From: the human T2T-CHM13v2.0 reference genome, Homo sapiens
Length of the DNA stretch: 64,000 nucleotides
NCBI RefSeq assembly: GCF_009914755.1
Contig: NC_060929.1
Direction: 5' to 3' (one strand)
Positions 51,101-64,000 of this stretch are shown here, piece after piece. The notes under the pieces are model-generated. The model worked only from the letters and a program-made list of their open reading frames with translations, searched no databases and was not told the origin of the DNA. A program made the translations under genes and the position numbers. How positions within the stretch are numbered: position 1 is the stretch's first letter; every line of letters begins with the position of its first letter.

Positions 51101-51625
51101 AATTTTTAAATAATTTTCTAATAATTATAGATTTACAGAAAATATGCAAATGCACTACAAAGAGTTCTTGTATACTCTTCACCTAGCTTTTCCTAACAAT
51201 AGGATCTTACCTAATAAAGGCACATTCATGAAAACTGAGAAATTAAAATTGATACAGTACTCTTAGGTAAATTATAGCTTATACTTTAATTTCTCCAGCT
51301 TTTCACAAATTTCCCTTTTCTGTTTTGAGATCCTATTCACAATGCCATGTCTTATTCAGTCGTTATATCTTCTTGATCTCCTATGATCTATGACAGTCTT
51401 TCCTATTAATAGTTTCTTATGACATGAACAGTTTTGAAGAAAAATGCTTAGGTATTTTGTAGAATGTCCTTTAATTTGAGTTTGATGTTTCCTCGTGGTT
51501 ATACCAAATGTTTGGTCTTCCGGGAAGAATATCACAATAGTGGATGGAGTGCCCTTCTCCACATATCATATTGGGAGTAAGTGATGGCAACATAATTTTT
51601 CACTAGTAGTGTTAAATTACATCAA
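51101..51625 (-). mobile_element. L1MC-type 3' end
   Basis: TAGATTTACAGAAAA...GTATTTTGTAGAATGTCC...GGGAAGAATATCACA. Confidence 0.8.
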
Positions 51626-51748
51626 GTCAATAAGCTTTTAATAGAAAAATATCTAGGCTAATATTTAACAAATAACGTAATCTCTATGCATGAAGTAACT
51701 CAAGTTTAAATAAATAAATATACATATATAAAACGTGATTTGACTACC

Positions 51749-52043
<295 letters not shown>

Positions 52044-52182
52044 GACTACCTGTTTTTTAACTTTATACCAAAGATAAGACATCGTTGAAAGGCAAATTAT
52101 AAGCTGTGAATATATGTAACAAAAATGATAGAAGAAACATTAATGTTTTTAACATCTAAAGAACACACATGAGGACACACTA

Positions 52183-52305
52183 GAGGCCAGGAGTTTGAGG
52201 CTGCAGTGAGCTGTGATTGCACCACTACACTCCGCTCCAGCCTGGGAGACAGAGCAAGACTTTCTCTCTAAAAAGTAGAAAACATAAAAATAAAAAAAAA
52301 AAAAA
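52183..52305 (+). mobile_element. AluJ/FRAM 3' fragment
   Basis: AGGAGTTTGAGGCTGCAGTGAGCTGTGATTGCACCAC followed by an A-tail. Confidence 0.88.
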
Positions 52306-52589
52306 CACAAATAATTTAAAAATTAAAAGTTCATTATTCTAACAAAGGTGGGATTCTGGAAAGATAACAACAGCAAAACCCAGCAAAACGCAGGAATAGA
52401 AAGTCAACTGAAAAAATTTTAATTGTCCCTATATGTTTTTTAGAGTTTCATGCCACTAAATGCAGAAATATTCAATTCAACCAGCATTTAACATATTTCA
52501 AAAATAAAATGGAAATCATATGCCACTGTGATTGTCGAGATAAAAACTGATTGTCCAGAGAACATTGAGAGAGTATGTTGAGGCATTTT

Positions 52590-52912
52590 ATTTTTTTTTT
52601 TAATTATACTTTAAGTTCTAGGGTACATGTGCACACGTGCAGGTTTGTTACATATGTATACATGTGCCATGTTGGTGTGCTGCACCCATTAACCCGTCAT
52701 TTACATTAGGTGTATCTCCTAATGCTATCCCTCCCCCAGCCCCCACCCCACAACAGGCCCCGGTGTGTGATGTTCCCAAGTGTTCTCATTGTTCAATTCC
52801 CACCTATGAGTGAGAACATGCAGTGTTTGGTTTTTTGTCCTTGCGATAGTTTGCTGAGAATGATGGTTTCCAGCTTCATCCATGTCCCTACAAAGGACAT
52901 GAACTCATCATT
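52590..52912 (-). mobile_element. Short 5'-truncated L1PA (4/5-like) 3' end
   Basis: Poly(T)-AATTATACTTTAAGTTCTAGGGTACATGTGC; TSD TGTTG(A/G)GGCATTTT. Confidence 0.95.
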
Positions 52913-54091
52913 TGTTGGGGCATTTTTTTCTAAGGGTAATTCAATGTTTCTTTATAAACTTACATATCTTTTTTACTTTTTTATTATATTTTACATTTTT
53001 TCTTACAGTTCATTTTGGCAAAAAAAAAATTTGCATCAAGAATGACCCTGATGATGATGTTTAAATAGCCACAAGTTGAAAAAACCTTAAATCCTTAATA
53101 GGGATCATAAAAATTTTTTATAAAACTTATGGAATAAAATTAAAATGAAATACTATTTTTTTGCTAAAATAACCTAATGAAAGTATAGTTATTGGCTTGG
53201 AAAACAAATCAAATTTGCTAAGTGAAAATAAAATTCAAATTATTTAATAATATTAGTATTCTGTGTTATTATTAGAATAAAGAAAAAACTTATGTGTGTA
53301 AACAATGTATAAATAATGAAGAGAAAAATAAGCTAAAATCAGACGAAATGAGATGTCATGCTTCCCGTTACAATGGCGTATTTAAAAAGGTAATATTCGT
53401 TATCTTTGAGGAAACACTGAGATTTTCTGATAGGTTGTTTTTGTGTGAGTAAACATTGTTACATTAGATTTTTAGAAATCAATTTTACTGTATAGCAAGG
53501 GCTTTCTATTTATTTCACATCTAGGAATCTCCTTTGAAATAGACCTCATTGACCATGTTCATGACAGACCAATTATATTAAAGAAAAATGGAAAATTTCC
53601 CAATATACTGTCTGACAATAACAAAAAGATGAAAGGCAATTAGTATATCCTCATTTGGAATATGTTTCAGTCTCTTTCAGGCTGAAAGAAATAAAGTAAA
53701 TATTGAGTTACTTTAAACAAATATCACTGAGCCTGAAGATTCATGAGGAAAAGAGGAAAATGGGCACATGAACAGAGGTTTAGCCTGAATTCAAAAGGAT
53801 CTGAAATGATCAAAGAGGCTGACCTAATCTATAAAACTGACCAAAGGTGGGAATTTTACAGGGACCATATGAGGCCATTCTGTGGCCTTCTGGAGAGAGG
53901 AGAGGGTTAGGGCAGCAGGAATTGCAAGGTTTCCTCACAGAAAGCAGAGCTGGTCTGTTTAGAAGGAAATTGTATGCATCAATTAATATAAATTTGAAAA
54001 AGTGTCACTATTAGGGAACTATGCCTGCAATATGATATAAAGCAGAGAAAGAAAAGTCTAATTCTATTGAGGTTGTTGACAATAGTAATAA

Positions 54092-54322
54092 AAAATAATA
54101 GAAAACATTTATTGAGCATTAATTCCATGCCAAGAAATGCGCCAAGCACTTTTATGTAAATTATTTTGCTTGTTCTCACATCAACCTTATGAGGCTTATG
54201 AAAAGATTATGCCCATTTTACAGATGATGAGACTAAGGCTTATAGATAACTTGTCCAAATTCACACATTAATAAATGGAGGACCCAGGTTTTTAACCCAA
54301 GCAATCTGACTCCAGAATCTTC
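54092..54322 (-). mobile_element. MIR SINE
   Basis: AACATTTATTGAGCA...CCCATTTTACAGATGATGAGACTAAGGCT...TCTGACTCCAGA. Confidence 0.88.
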
Positions 54323-55019
54323 CCCCTTCACCTAAAAAGGACCAAAGAAAATACTTCCACCAAGATGACAGCAAGCATTCTGGGTGGTGGGTTGATATAT
54401 TGACTAATTATAATTTTATTTTAATTTTCTATTTTTTCAGTTTCTAAAATAATGGAAATTATATTTATTACAAAAAGAAAGCTATTTTGATTTTTTTAAA
54501 AAAGAGAATTGTCAAACTTCTGGGAAAATATAATATTTATACAAACCAATGTCTAGATGGCATATTTTATGAAAATTGAAAGTGACCTCATCTAAGTTTT
54601 ATGGCTTTGGGAAACAAATATGCAGCACCACCCATAAGCCTATATCTTTTAAAGTGTTGGGAAATAATAAATATGAATGATTACTGGAAAAAATGGACTT
54701 GTTAGGCTCAAAATGAATACTATTTGGGTTAGTTTATTTTTAGAATAATAAAATGCAATACTTTAAAATTTTTTGTAACTCAGTGTGCTTGTATAACTGT
54801 GCTTTCACATAATTAGAAAAATTATGTATTGCCTGTTATTTTTATGATGTTTCTGAAACTTTCATTCTTGTATTTAGGTAATTTTTAAAACTCTTCATAT
54901 ACCATTGAATTTCAGGAAATTATGTAAAGAAAATAGAGCTAATAGTAACATAATAGATTAACATTAAGAATAATTACTTTAACATAAAACAGTATGTAAA
55001 TATGTTTGATATTTTTATA

Positions 55020-55660
55020 ATAATAATGATATTAATAAATTATGTTATTACATAATATATTTTAGGTACTGTGTTAATTATTTTCCATATAATGACTCAA
55101 TCTTTATTAACACTGTTTTAATATATGTTAATAAGCCCATTTTGTTGATGCAAAAATTGAACCGCAAGTATTTTAAGCCATTTGCTAAAGTTAACAAATT
55201 CACTGCTGTAGTCTGAATGTGTCCCCAAAATTTCATGTATTTAAACTTAATCTCCAATGCAATAGTTTCAAGAGAGGAACTTTAAGAGGTGATTGGGTCG
55301 TTAGAACTTCTCTCCTTTGAATGAGTTAAGTCCTTCATGATAAAGGCTTCATAGAGCATTTGGCCTTTTACCTTTTCTGTCTCTTCTACCACATGAAGAT
55401 ACAATGTTTGTTTGCCCCTCTGGAGGACACATGAACAAAATGCTATCTTGGAAGCAGAGAGACAGGGCCCTCACCAGACACTGAACCTGTCGGTGGTTGG
55501 ACATTGGACTTCCCAGCCTCCAGAACTGTGAGAAACAAATTTCTGTTGTTTATAAATTACCCATCCTGTTGTGCTTTTTTACACTGGCACAAAGGGGCTA
55601 AGACAGCCACTAGCTTGTGACAAGAGTCCAATCTCAATTTCTGTGCTTTTAGTTATCATA
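55020..55660 (-). mobile_element. MIR split by an LTR insertion
   Basis: AGGTACTGTGTTAA...CCCATTTTGTTGATGCAAAAATTGA before the LTR; remainder after 55605. Confidence 0.55.
55204..55605 (+). mobile_element. MaLR solo LTR (MSTC/MLT1A-like)
   Basis: TGCTGTAGTCTGAATGTGTCCCCAAAA...GACTTCCCAGCCTCCAGAACTGTGAGA...CTAAGACA. Confidence 0.9.
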
Positions 55661-56116
55661 TCGAAAAAGGAAAAAAAAAGACCCAAACCTTTATCTGAGG
55701 AATGAAAACCTCTTTAAATTATCAGAGAGGTGTTACGAATGTGAAAGCAGTCATATCTCACTCCCCCTTGAGATAAACAATTACCTCTTGAAGCCTCTTC
55801 CTATGTGGGATCTAGACTAATGCTAAGTAGCCATAAAATGCCGTACGCCTATGGTTCAGCAATGTATAGACAATCACTAATCAATATTACTTCTGTAAAC
55901 CAGTGAGAATTCCTGATTAGCAATTTTGTAATCACCCCCTCTCCTGATTCATTCTTTGTTCTTTACAAACTTGAGCCTCTCCTTTGTACTCCAGAGCCCT
56001 GCTCAAGGCAACCTGGACTCCAGGCTGCTGAAAGTGTCCCAGGTTGTTGTCCTTAATCTTGGCCCAAATAAAGTCTCTATATTAATTTTGCCTCAGCTTT
56101 TGCCTTTAAGTTGACA
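55661..56116 (+). mobile_element. ERV1 (MER4-group-like) solo LTR, subfamily not determined
   Basis: CTTGGCCCAAATAAAGTCTCTA poly(A) region and terminal TTTAAGTTGACA. Confidence 0.7.
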
Positions 56117-57999
56117 TTTTAACACTGTTTTTCATATGGTATGATTTTTTAAATTTAGCAACAATTAAATAAGCAATTAAATGTAGCTATATTTTCTCTT
56201 TTAACTTATAAAGTCATTCCATCATCTCAGAATAGTTAAAACGTCTTTAGTGATATATATTTCACATTAACTAAGTAAATATGTTGATGAGCATTAAAGA
56301 ACATTAAAGTATAGTTTTATAATTTAACATGCTGTTTAAAAAATGATGATCCATCTGTTATTTTTAAATGTTAATAACAGTCTAATTTACTTTCATTTCA
56401 AAACAGTAATTTCATACAAATACTTAACAAGTCACATGCATCCAATCTTAATTTTAGAGCATTAAACTTTAAAGTCTCTCAGTGCCATTTAATTTACAGG
56501 TTTCTTTCTGCCACCAATATTCATATCTGGAAAACATGGACAGGATTTCTTAATTTTCTGGAGTAAATATTCTGTCTAACACAGTTCCAGTTAACATGTA
56601 CATTTGCCACATATAGAAAAGAACTAACACATACTGAATTCTGATTTCCGATAACAGAACATAGCATGTATGCTGTCTTACAGTAACAATTAAATGTTTT
56701 TCACAATGCGTATTTTTACAGTGGGACAATGAAGCAATACAAACAAAACCAGCAGACACATTATCTTTAGTAGAAAATGTTATGCAAATTTAGTGAGAAT
56801 ATTACATAAACCAAGTAATAGTGAAACATATACTCCTCAGATTTCCCTAGTTCCTTATTGGAACTGTTGGAACTGTCAGATGTGGATAGACTCAGCCACC
56901 CTCAGTGAGGATCCACTAGAGAGGAAAAGCTCTCCTCCTCTGATTGTGAGAGTTTTGTATCCTCCCCACTTCGTGCCTGATTATTCTGAAGACTCTGGCT
57001 TTGTACCTACCTCCTTCTCAGACAAAAGTAACAGTGGTGATACAAACAAATAACTCAGCGCATTTCTGAGAATCCACTTTAGAACCTGGTGACATAAAAG
57101 CCTGTTTCCTCCGCAGGCCCAGCCTTTAGTTCTGTCTATCATTCCTTAGTGTCAACGATGAAAATTATTGTGGACTAACCAAGTTGAATGACAGTGAACA
57201 GTGTGAATGACTGGCTGTTCCCCAAATCATATGAACATGTCCTCACACTTAACTTGCTTAACTTGCAAAGCTTTGAATGGTGTTCAAGGTGAGTCTGGAA
57301 CAAAGTGAACTGCTGTAATTCAATTTTAAGTTCAGTAAAATACAGGGAAATGATCTATGAAATGAAACTTCTCTCTCCTATCTGCTTTAATAAAAAATGT
57401 TAGAAATAAGTTATTCATGGTTTCTGTGTTAAAAACATTGTATTATATTTACACCATTGAATATATGTTGTTCCTTAACTGCTTACACCATAAATTTGTA
57501 AGATATATATGAAACTCTTCAAATTAAAATCTCAAATTTATTTTAACCCTCACCAACAACTAGTAATTTTCCATTTCCTTTCTTAAATTTCCAAACTGCT
57601 TATCATTGCATTGGCACCAGGGCCAAGATATATGTAAATAACTCTCCAGGGGAAATCCTTAGATTCAGAAGCATTGTTGATTATGATACATATAACCTTA
57701 AAATTTATTTGTCTTGCAAAGTGCCTTTGTCCTTTTTCAGTAAATTAATAGCAGGGTGCAGCTGGATGCTTCTGGAGGCGTTGACTTTTGATATCATCAA
57801 AGTGTGAAGCTAATAAATGAGCAGACCTCTTGATGCATAATGGGCTTGTTTAAAGATACGCATAATGGCAAATATTTGAATACATCCAGGAGCTATTTTG
57901 GGGAAGTTAGCAACAGGTCAGAGAGAAGTAGGACTTTCTAAAATCAAATAAATGACAAATTATAGATTAGAGATTAGTCCATACAGTGTGATCTATGTA

Positions 58000-58280
58000 T
58001 ACAGAGCATAGGAGAGTAGTTGAAGCATAGTCCTTGGAGCCAGATTGATTGGATTCAGGTCAAGCTCCATCATTTATTCAATAATTTTCTTAACCTTGCT
58101 GTTCCTCAATCTCTTCATTTGTAATGTATGTATAATAATAGTATCTAACTATTGAAATTCTCATGAGAAAAATTTAATGTTAAAAATGCACAATTTCTTC
58201 TCACTGGTATAGTCAACTTGAAAAAATGCAGTTTCTATATATGCCTGACACATTGTTAGCACTATATAAATGTCAGATAC
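58000..58280 (+). mobile_element. MIR SINE
   Basis: TGGAGCCAGATTG...CTTAACCTTGCTGTTCCTCAATCTCTTCATTTGTAA...TGCCTGACACAT. Confidence 0.75.
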
Positions 58281-59239
58281 AATGATGATGATGAAGACGA
58301 AGAGGATGGTGAATGTTCTCCAAACAAGTAAAACATCAAGTGAATATGAACACCAGATATTTGCAAAATGTTTCGGTTTTTTTTTGTGCCTACTAAAATG
58401 TGGGTTTTACATAGTTTATATTCAGAATTTTAAACCAGATGATCAAAACTTCATGGACTATTGAAAACATTTTTGGGAGATGAGATTGACTCGCACATTG
58501 CCAAGTTAATTTTCCAAACAGAAAGATAAAAATCTTTGCAGTGTGAATTTGGCTAAAATTTGTTAATTTACTTGTTCATACTTCATTCTTTCAATGGGTT
58601 TTTTATTGTTTTGTGTTGGAGATAAAACTCAGAAATTTACTGAATATCAGAGTCCTTCTTACCTTTCTATCATCCTTCATCATCCCTTTTTGTTTTCAAG
58701 ATTTGCATCCAAAGACAGTAGCTAAAATTCTGAAATAAGCTGATAACAAAGAGTGGTATTTGTTCATAAACTTCACAGCTTTCCTTTTGGAGGAAATATA
58801 TCATATGCCTCCATTAACCCAGGTTTATATGTACCCATTAGATTTTTGATAATCACGTCTAACTTGCTTGTTCCTATCTCTACTTATTTAGCTATTTTAA
58901 TTTTTCCCATCTATCTTTTGTTTCTTCCCTGCCTCTGTTTAGATTAATTAAGCCTTCCTGCCATGGTTTGGACTCCATTTTATTTCCACTATTGGTGTGT
59001 CAGCAATTGTAATTTGTTATTATTGTAATTATTATTTATTATTATTGTAATTATGGCGGTTATTATAGTTGTGCTGTGGTTGCTCTAGAATTTACAATAT
59101 ATTTCTTTAATCATAATCTGTCTTCTTATAAAGCATTTCACATATAATATAAGATCATTGAATTCAGTGATGTGGAGGGCATGTGTGCATCATCTGGAAA
59201 AAAAGGTGCATGTCTCTTAGCAACTCCAAATTAGTGATA

Positions 59240-59358
59240 TCCTTTTGTAGCATCAGCTATCTTCCCAGCCTCTAGAACTATGACAAGTCATTTTCTGTTG
59301 TTTGCAAGCCACTCAGTCTAAAGCATTGTGTTATAGCAACCTGAATGGACTGAGACAA
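59240..59358 (+). mobile_element. MLT1 LTR 3' fragment
   Basis: CCAGCCTCTAGAACTATGA...AAGCCACTCAGTCT...GGACTGAGACA. Confidence 0.75.
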
Positions 59359-59884
59359 CTATTAAAATGCTTAGCATTTGGAAATTTCTTGCATCTGTAG
59401 CCTTGTTTTCTCAGCCTTCCCACTAACCCCTCTTACTCTACAATTTAGCCAAGCGTACGGTCAACTTTGACATCTATAAACTAAGGTATGAATATTCAGA
59501 ACATGCATAAACAAAGTTGTGTAGAAGCCAGAGAATACTTAAGAAATGCTAAAACTTTAGGGTCATTGGGTCAGCAATTGACATCCTTTTAAGCTGGACT
59601 TTGTGGCTCTTTTTCTTCTGTGCTTGAGATGTATCCACTCAGGTTGTTTTGAAATTATTCCTGGTTTTTATGGCAAAGGACCCTTTTAGGAAAGTTGTTC
59701 TCTGTGGTATTCTCCTGATCTTCTTGGACAGGCACAATTAACCTTCCATTTTCGCTTTGAAAAGCTAATTTTCTTTGTTCTCTGTGTTTATTCATATATA
59801 TCTTAAAAGCCAAGAGGTAACTTGAATTATTCTGCAACTCCCAAGACCACTGAGAACTTGCAAGTTCTATCCCAGTCTGTGAAT

Positions 59885-60050
59885 ACTTCAGTTTATTCAG
59901 TCATTCAAGAAGTATCGATTATGTTCTATGTACCACAAATTGCTATGGGTGCTGGAGACACAAAAATAGAAGAGTCAAAGTTCTTAATGTCTTGGAGTGT
60001 GCTTTAGAATGGGGAGATATTGATGAATAAATAATATAGTTTCAGATAAT
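59885..60050 (-). mobile_element. L2 3' end
   Basis: ATTCAGTCATTCAAGAAGTAT...CTATGTACCA...GGTGCTGGAGACACAAA. Confidence 0.7.
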
Positions 60051-60342
60051 GGGAAGTAAATGAGGAAAAATAGTATTGATAAAAATTTGTGTAAGATAGA
60101 CCATGAGGATTCTTGGAAGAATTTACATGTAATAGAAAACCATCCACAATACATATATACATTCAACAAATATCTTAACATGAATCTCCCTTTTTCTTTA
60201 TTCCCTCTCAATTCAATCTCACCATATGACTCTTTGATATAACCTTTAAATTACCTTTCTTTCATTTTTTATCTTAGACTATCCTTGATTAATAATGTAA
60301 GAGATCCTAATGTAAGAGATTTATTTTACATTAGGAATTTTC

Positions 60343-60640
60343 GAGAAGAGGAGATGAAGAGAAGTTGGTTAAAGGGTACAAATACACAGTCAGATAGAAA
60401 TAATAAATTTAATGTTTGATAGTAGAGTAGAGTGACTATAGTTCACAAAAATGCATTATATGCAGGTATAATACAATTTGTTAACTATAGTCACCCTATT
60501 CTACTATCAAACATTAAATTTATGAACACTCTAAATACCCTGACTTGATCAGTGTGCATTATACACATGTGCATTATATACATGTGACAAAATTTCACAT
60601 GTACTCTATTAATTTTTACTAATAAAAACAAATACAAAAA
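60343..60640 (+). mobile_element. L1MA 3' end containing an inverted duplication
   Basis: GTTGGTTAAAGGGTACAAA...GTGACTATAGTT...TAAATACCCTGACTTGATCA...AATAAAAA. Confidence 0.88.
60403..60523. repeat. Long inverted repeat (hairpin)
   Basis: 60403-60449 versus the reverse complement of 60477-60523: 3 mismatches in 47 bp; pairing extends imperfectly to a ~6-nt loop. Confidence 0.95.
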
Positions 60641-61557
60641 CGACCCATTTTCTATTGACTACTCATTTCTGAAGAACTTCTCTGAATCCCTTTTAATTTA
60701 CTAAGTTTTGACATGAAGGAAAACTCACAAAAACTCTAAATAGTTTTTACTCCATGTCAGTTAAAGATAATTCTGGGGAATAGAATATTATGCATATTTA
60801 ATCAATGAGTGTTATGATAAACTACTGAATTTGCTCTGGAACCATCTGTAAGCACAATACTTTGTATTTTTTGACCAACCTACCTTATAAAGTTCCAGAA
60901 AGAAAAATAAAAAAGAAATGTATACTGTACTATCTCTATGTCATAAGATACAATATCTAATATGTATTAATACACGGTCTATGTAGCCTGTTGAATCATC
61001 TTGTAAAAATTACAGAAAATAAGTATTTGAAAAAAAAAGTGGAAAATGGAAATCCCAAATGCAAGTAGAAAATTAACATTTATATTACTCTTCGTATTGT
61101 CTTCCAAAAAACATTCATAGGACTTGCTCTATTTTAATTATTTTCCTTAGTGTTTTGCTACTCTCCACCTGGGTACAAAGACATTCTATTCAGTTTATCT
61201 TTCACAAAACACAAAAGGATCCCAGGTGCTAAATAATTCACATGAAGCCTGGAGCTCACAGCTGTATTACCAGAAACTTTGCCAATAACAGATTTGGCCA
61301 TTTTTTGAAATCAGAAATCACTCTTATGTTGTTTTTGCTAGCAGACAGAATTCACAACGTTTAGAGAAGCTCCTATAACATGAACTAGCATGTTGAAAGA
61401 TAGAGTTTATTGTTGGGTGACCCCATTCTATTGCAGCAAAATTGATGCTAAGCAAAGATGGAAAATAGGAGAGTTTGAACCTTCAATTATATTTAAGGGC
61501 CTTAGTGGGCCCTCTCAAACCACAGTCTTCTACAAGGGTGTTTTCTGGGCATCCTGG

Positions 61558-62052
61558 TGATGCAGGATTGCTCCTTAGCTCAGCTAGGTCTGGGCTGTTT
61601 TCTCACGACCAGGAAGAAGTAGGCACATGGACACTTGAAGAGTGAGCCAGGTAGGAAGTTTTATTGAGTGATGAAGCAGCTGTTAGCAGAAAGGAGACAT
61701 GGGTGTGGTATCCCTACCCGAAGGTTGGAGAGTTCCCAATATGGCTAACCCCCCCGTGTTTCATGGGCTCAGAATACAGAGTGTGTGATGATTGGTTTGT
61801 GAGTATGCAAAAAAGTTTAAAGTGAAGACATCACTCTAAGGTGTAGAAGATAGTGTAGAAAACCAATTAGGCTAGGGTAGGTATATATAAACTAGGTAAA
61901 GGATGGGGATCAATCAGAGGAAAGTGTGCCAAATGGGAAGGCAGGTTCTCAATCTTGTTCGAGGTTTTACCCAGGACTGTTTCCAGCTTGAAGGTTGGAT
62001 TTCACCAGGAACCGCCCCTATCTGCCTAGGCCTTTGCCTCCTGCCTCTATCA
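61558..62052 (-). mobile_element. ERV1 solo LTR (LTR27/MER52/LTR1 group)
   Basis: Minus strand begins TGATAGAGGCAGGAGGCAAAGGCCTAGGCAGATAGGGGCGG; TG...CA termini; 4-bp TSD CTGG. Confidence 0.88.
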
Positions 62053-62094
62053 CTGGTTGGTAGATTGCTACCTCCTTGATTAACAGTGGTAAAT

Positions 62095-62200
62095 ATTTCA
62101 TAAAGGTCAAGGCAGAGAATGACTAAATTTGTTCACTGAATTTAGTAATAAGGACGTCACTGGTGATGTTTTTACAAAGCATATTTTAGAAGTGAGAGAA
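62095..62200 (-). mobile_element. L2 fragment
   Basis: AGGTCAAG...CACTGAATTTAGTAATAAGGACGTCACTGGTGA. Confidence 0.5.
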
Positions 62201-64000
62201 GAATAATTAAACAGAAAAAATATAGATGAAAAAATCTATAGCTAAGTATAATAAGGAAGCAAGACTCTAATTATAGTAATTTTTTAAAAAAAACAAAGAA
62301 TAGGTTTTAGTGGTTGGATTTGTAAGCAAGCTAGAAGCAATGAGGGCTGCTACACCTAGATAATAAATGAGATACTTTTGGTGGTTGAAATAGTAAAAAT
62401 ATTATTTCAAAACATATACTGTAGCTATTGTTGGCTGCAGTAGCAATTTCCAAAATAATTGGAAGAAAAAATAGTGCAAAAAGGTAAAAACTAAATGCAG
62501 TCAGCTAATGTCTGAAATTATATCCCTTAAAAATAAATGCTTATGTAACTATGTATTAAAACTTGTTATAGGACAGAAATCAAGTTAATAATGCCAGTAT
62601 ATCAGAGTTAATTTACAAATAAGAATTGCTAAATTTGAACATATCATAGTCTACATCGTTTTTCTCTAAAATAAAATTTAACAGCGAGATTGGTGAATAG
62701 GTATATTGTTTTTATTTATGTCTGAGGCTCAGTGAAAACCAACAAGTCTAGTTCTGAGAAAATCAAGAGAGAAAAGTGTGACATGAAAGTAAATGGGACC
62801 TGGTGTCTTTAATAGAGTTACTGCTGCCATACCTCTGGGGAAATACTCTGGAAACAAGAGTAAACTGATAAATCTAATAAGTTACTTGCTGGAATCCTGC
62901 TTTCATACCTGAAATATACAAACTTCATTGAAAAACCCAGTAGTCATCATAACAGAACAAAGTAGTTAATTTCACAAAAATACAGCCCTTCAGATCAATG
63001 AGAACTAATGCAATTCACACATTTAATAAGATTACTTTTAAAATTATATGGTTTCATAAGCTGAAGATTCTGAAAATCACAGGATATGGGATAAAGTGTT
63101 TAATAAGTATAATTTGGAGATTAATTTTCAGCTAAAGAGAGGTTAAATATATTGGAACAAATCCTTTATAAAATGTTAAATATGTTATAAATTAAATGTC
63201 AAAGACTGTGTTTAAATAAGCAGATGAATACACTTATAAATGTAAAATTTGAGTAGCATCCATTTTTTCCCATGTCTTCCATGATGCCATGAGTATATTA
63301 TTTAATTTTTCTTTTCCCCAATGCAACTATTTGGAAAATTGCTCTCATTACATCAAATATTCTTCTCAAATAGATAGATTAGTTTTGTTTCTAGATTTTC
63401 TGTTGAATAATTTGAACAATAATATATCTATAAGACAGATGCAAATATAGTGTCTTAGAAATCAAAGCAATTATTGAGTAACGATTATGATTTACAGAAA
63501 AATTCAGTTTCCATGGGACTATAAATAATTTGTTCCTGTCTTTAAGGAGCTCAATATCTATTTGTCTTAGATTATTAGGCTATCGATCACCTATGTGCCT
63601 CATCTTTTTTAATCATCTTGTAGTCAACGTTAACAATTGAATAAACTTTTTTTTTAAAGCACAATGCTTTTGGCCTGAGAGATGAATTGTCACTAAATAT
63701 TGAATGATGATCTCATCATGCAAATTTCATTGACATATAAAAAATAATTACAAAATAGAATCCTATTTAAATATTTGCCAGTTAAACTAGTGTTATTCAT
63801 TTACATTATACTATTAATTTAAATTAATAAATAATACTATGCTTATAAAACGAGACATCATGCTAGAAAATATTATAAGGCTTACTGTGATCTTAAAGAA
63901 AAGAGAAGGTTTTAAGTCAGTTTATACACTAGCATCTGGTGTTGCAGTTAAATGCCAGAAATGAAGACTAAGTTGCCATGTAATGATAGAGGATATAACA

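Noticed and set aside
56793-57053. 86-aa ORF in unique sequence
   Set aside because: GTG start, no recognisable domain and no convincing splice sites; its length is compatible with chance.

Overview
AT-rich, CpG-depleted primate genomic DNA (catarrhine/human-like: AluJ/S/Y, L1PA, THE1/MST LTRs). I find no protein-coding gene, tRNA, rRNA or CRISPR array. The recognisable ORFs are dead L1, Alu-antisense or MaLR frames and the rest look like chance ORFs. The window reads as intergenic or deep-intronic sequence layered with transposons: a ~6-kb old L1PA nested in an L1MA, a twin-primed 5'-inverted L1PA6-like copy with a target-site duplication (TSD), a complete two-LTR MSTA provirus, about 16 MaLR loci, two ERV1 solo LTRs, 13 Alus/Alu fragments, plus MIR, L2 and hAT relics. 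I cannot support a new biological system from this sequence. The best leads are a ~120-nt fold-back hairpin made by inverted duplication inside an L1MA 3' end (60403-60523), intact DUX4-type motifs in MaLR LTRs, a possible retrocopied 3'UTR split by the inverted L1, and a few non-repetitive candidate regulatory blocks. Subfamily names are from recalled consensus sequences and need RepeatMasker/Dfam confirmation; boundaries without a TSD are approximate.
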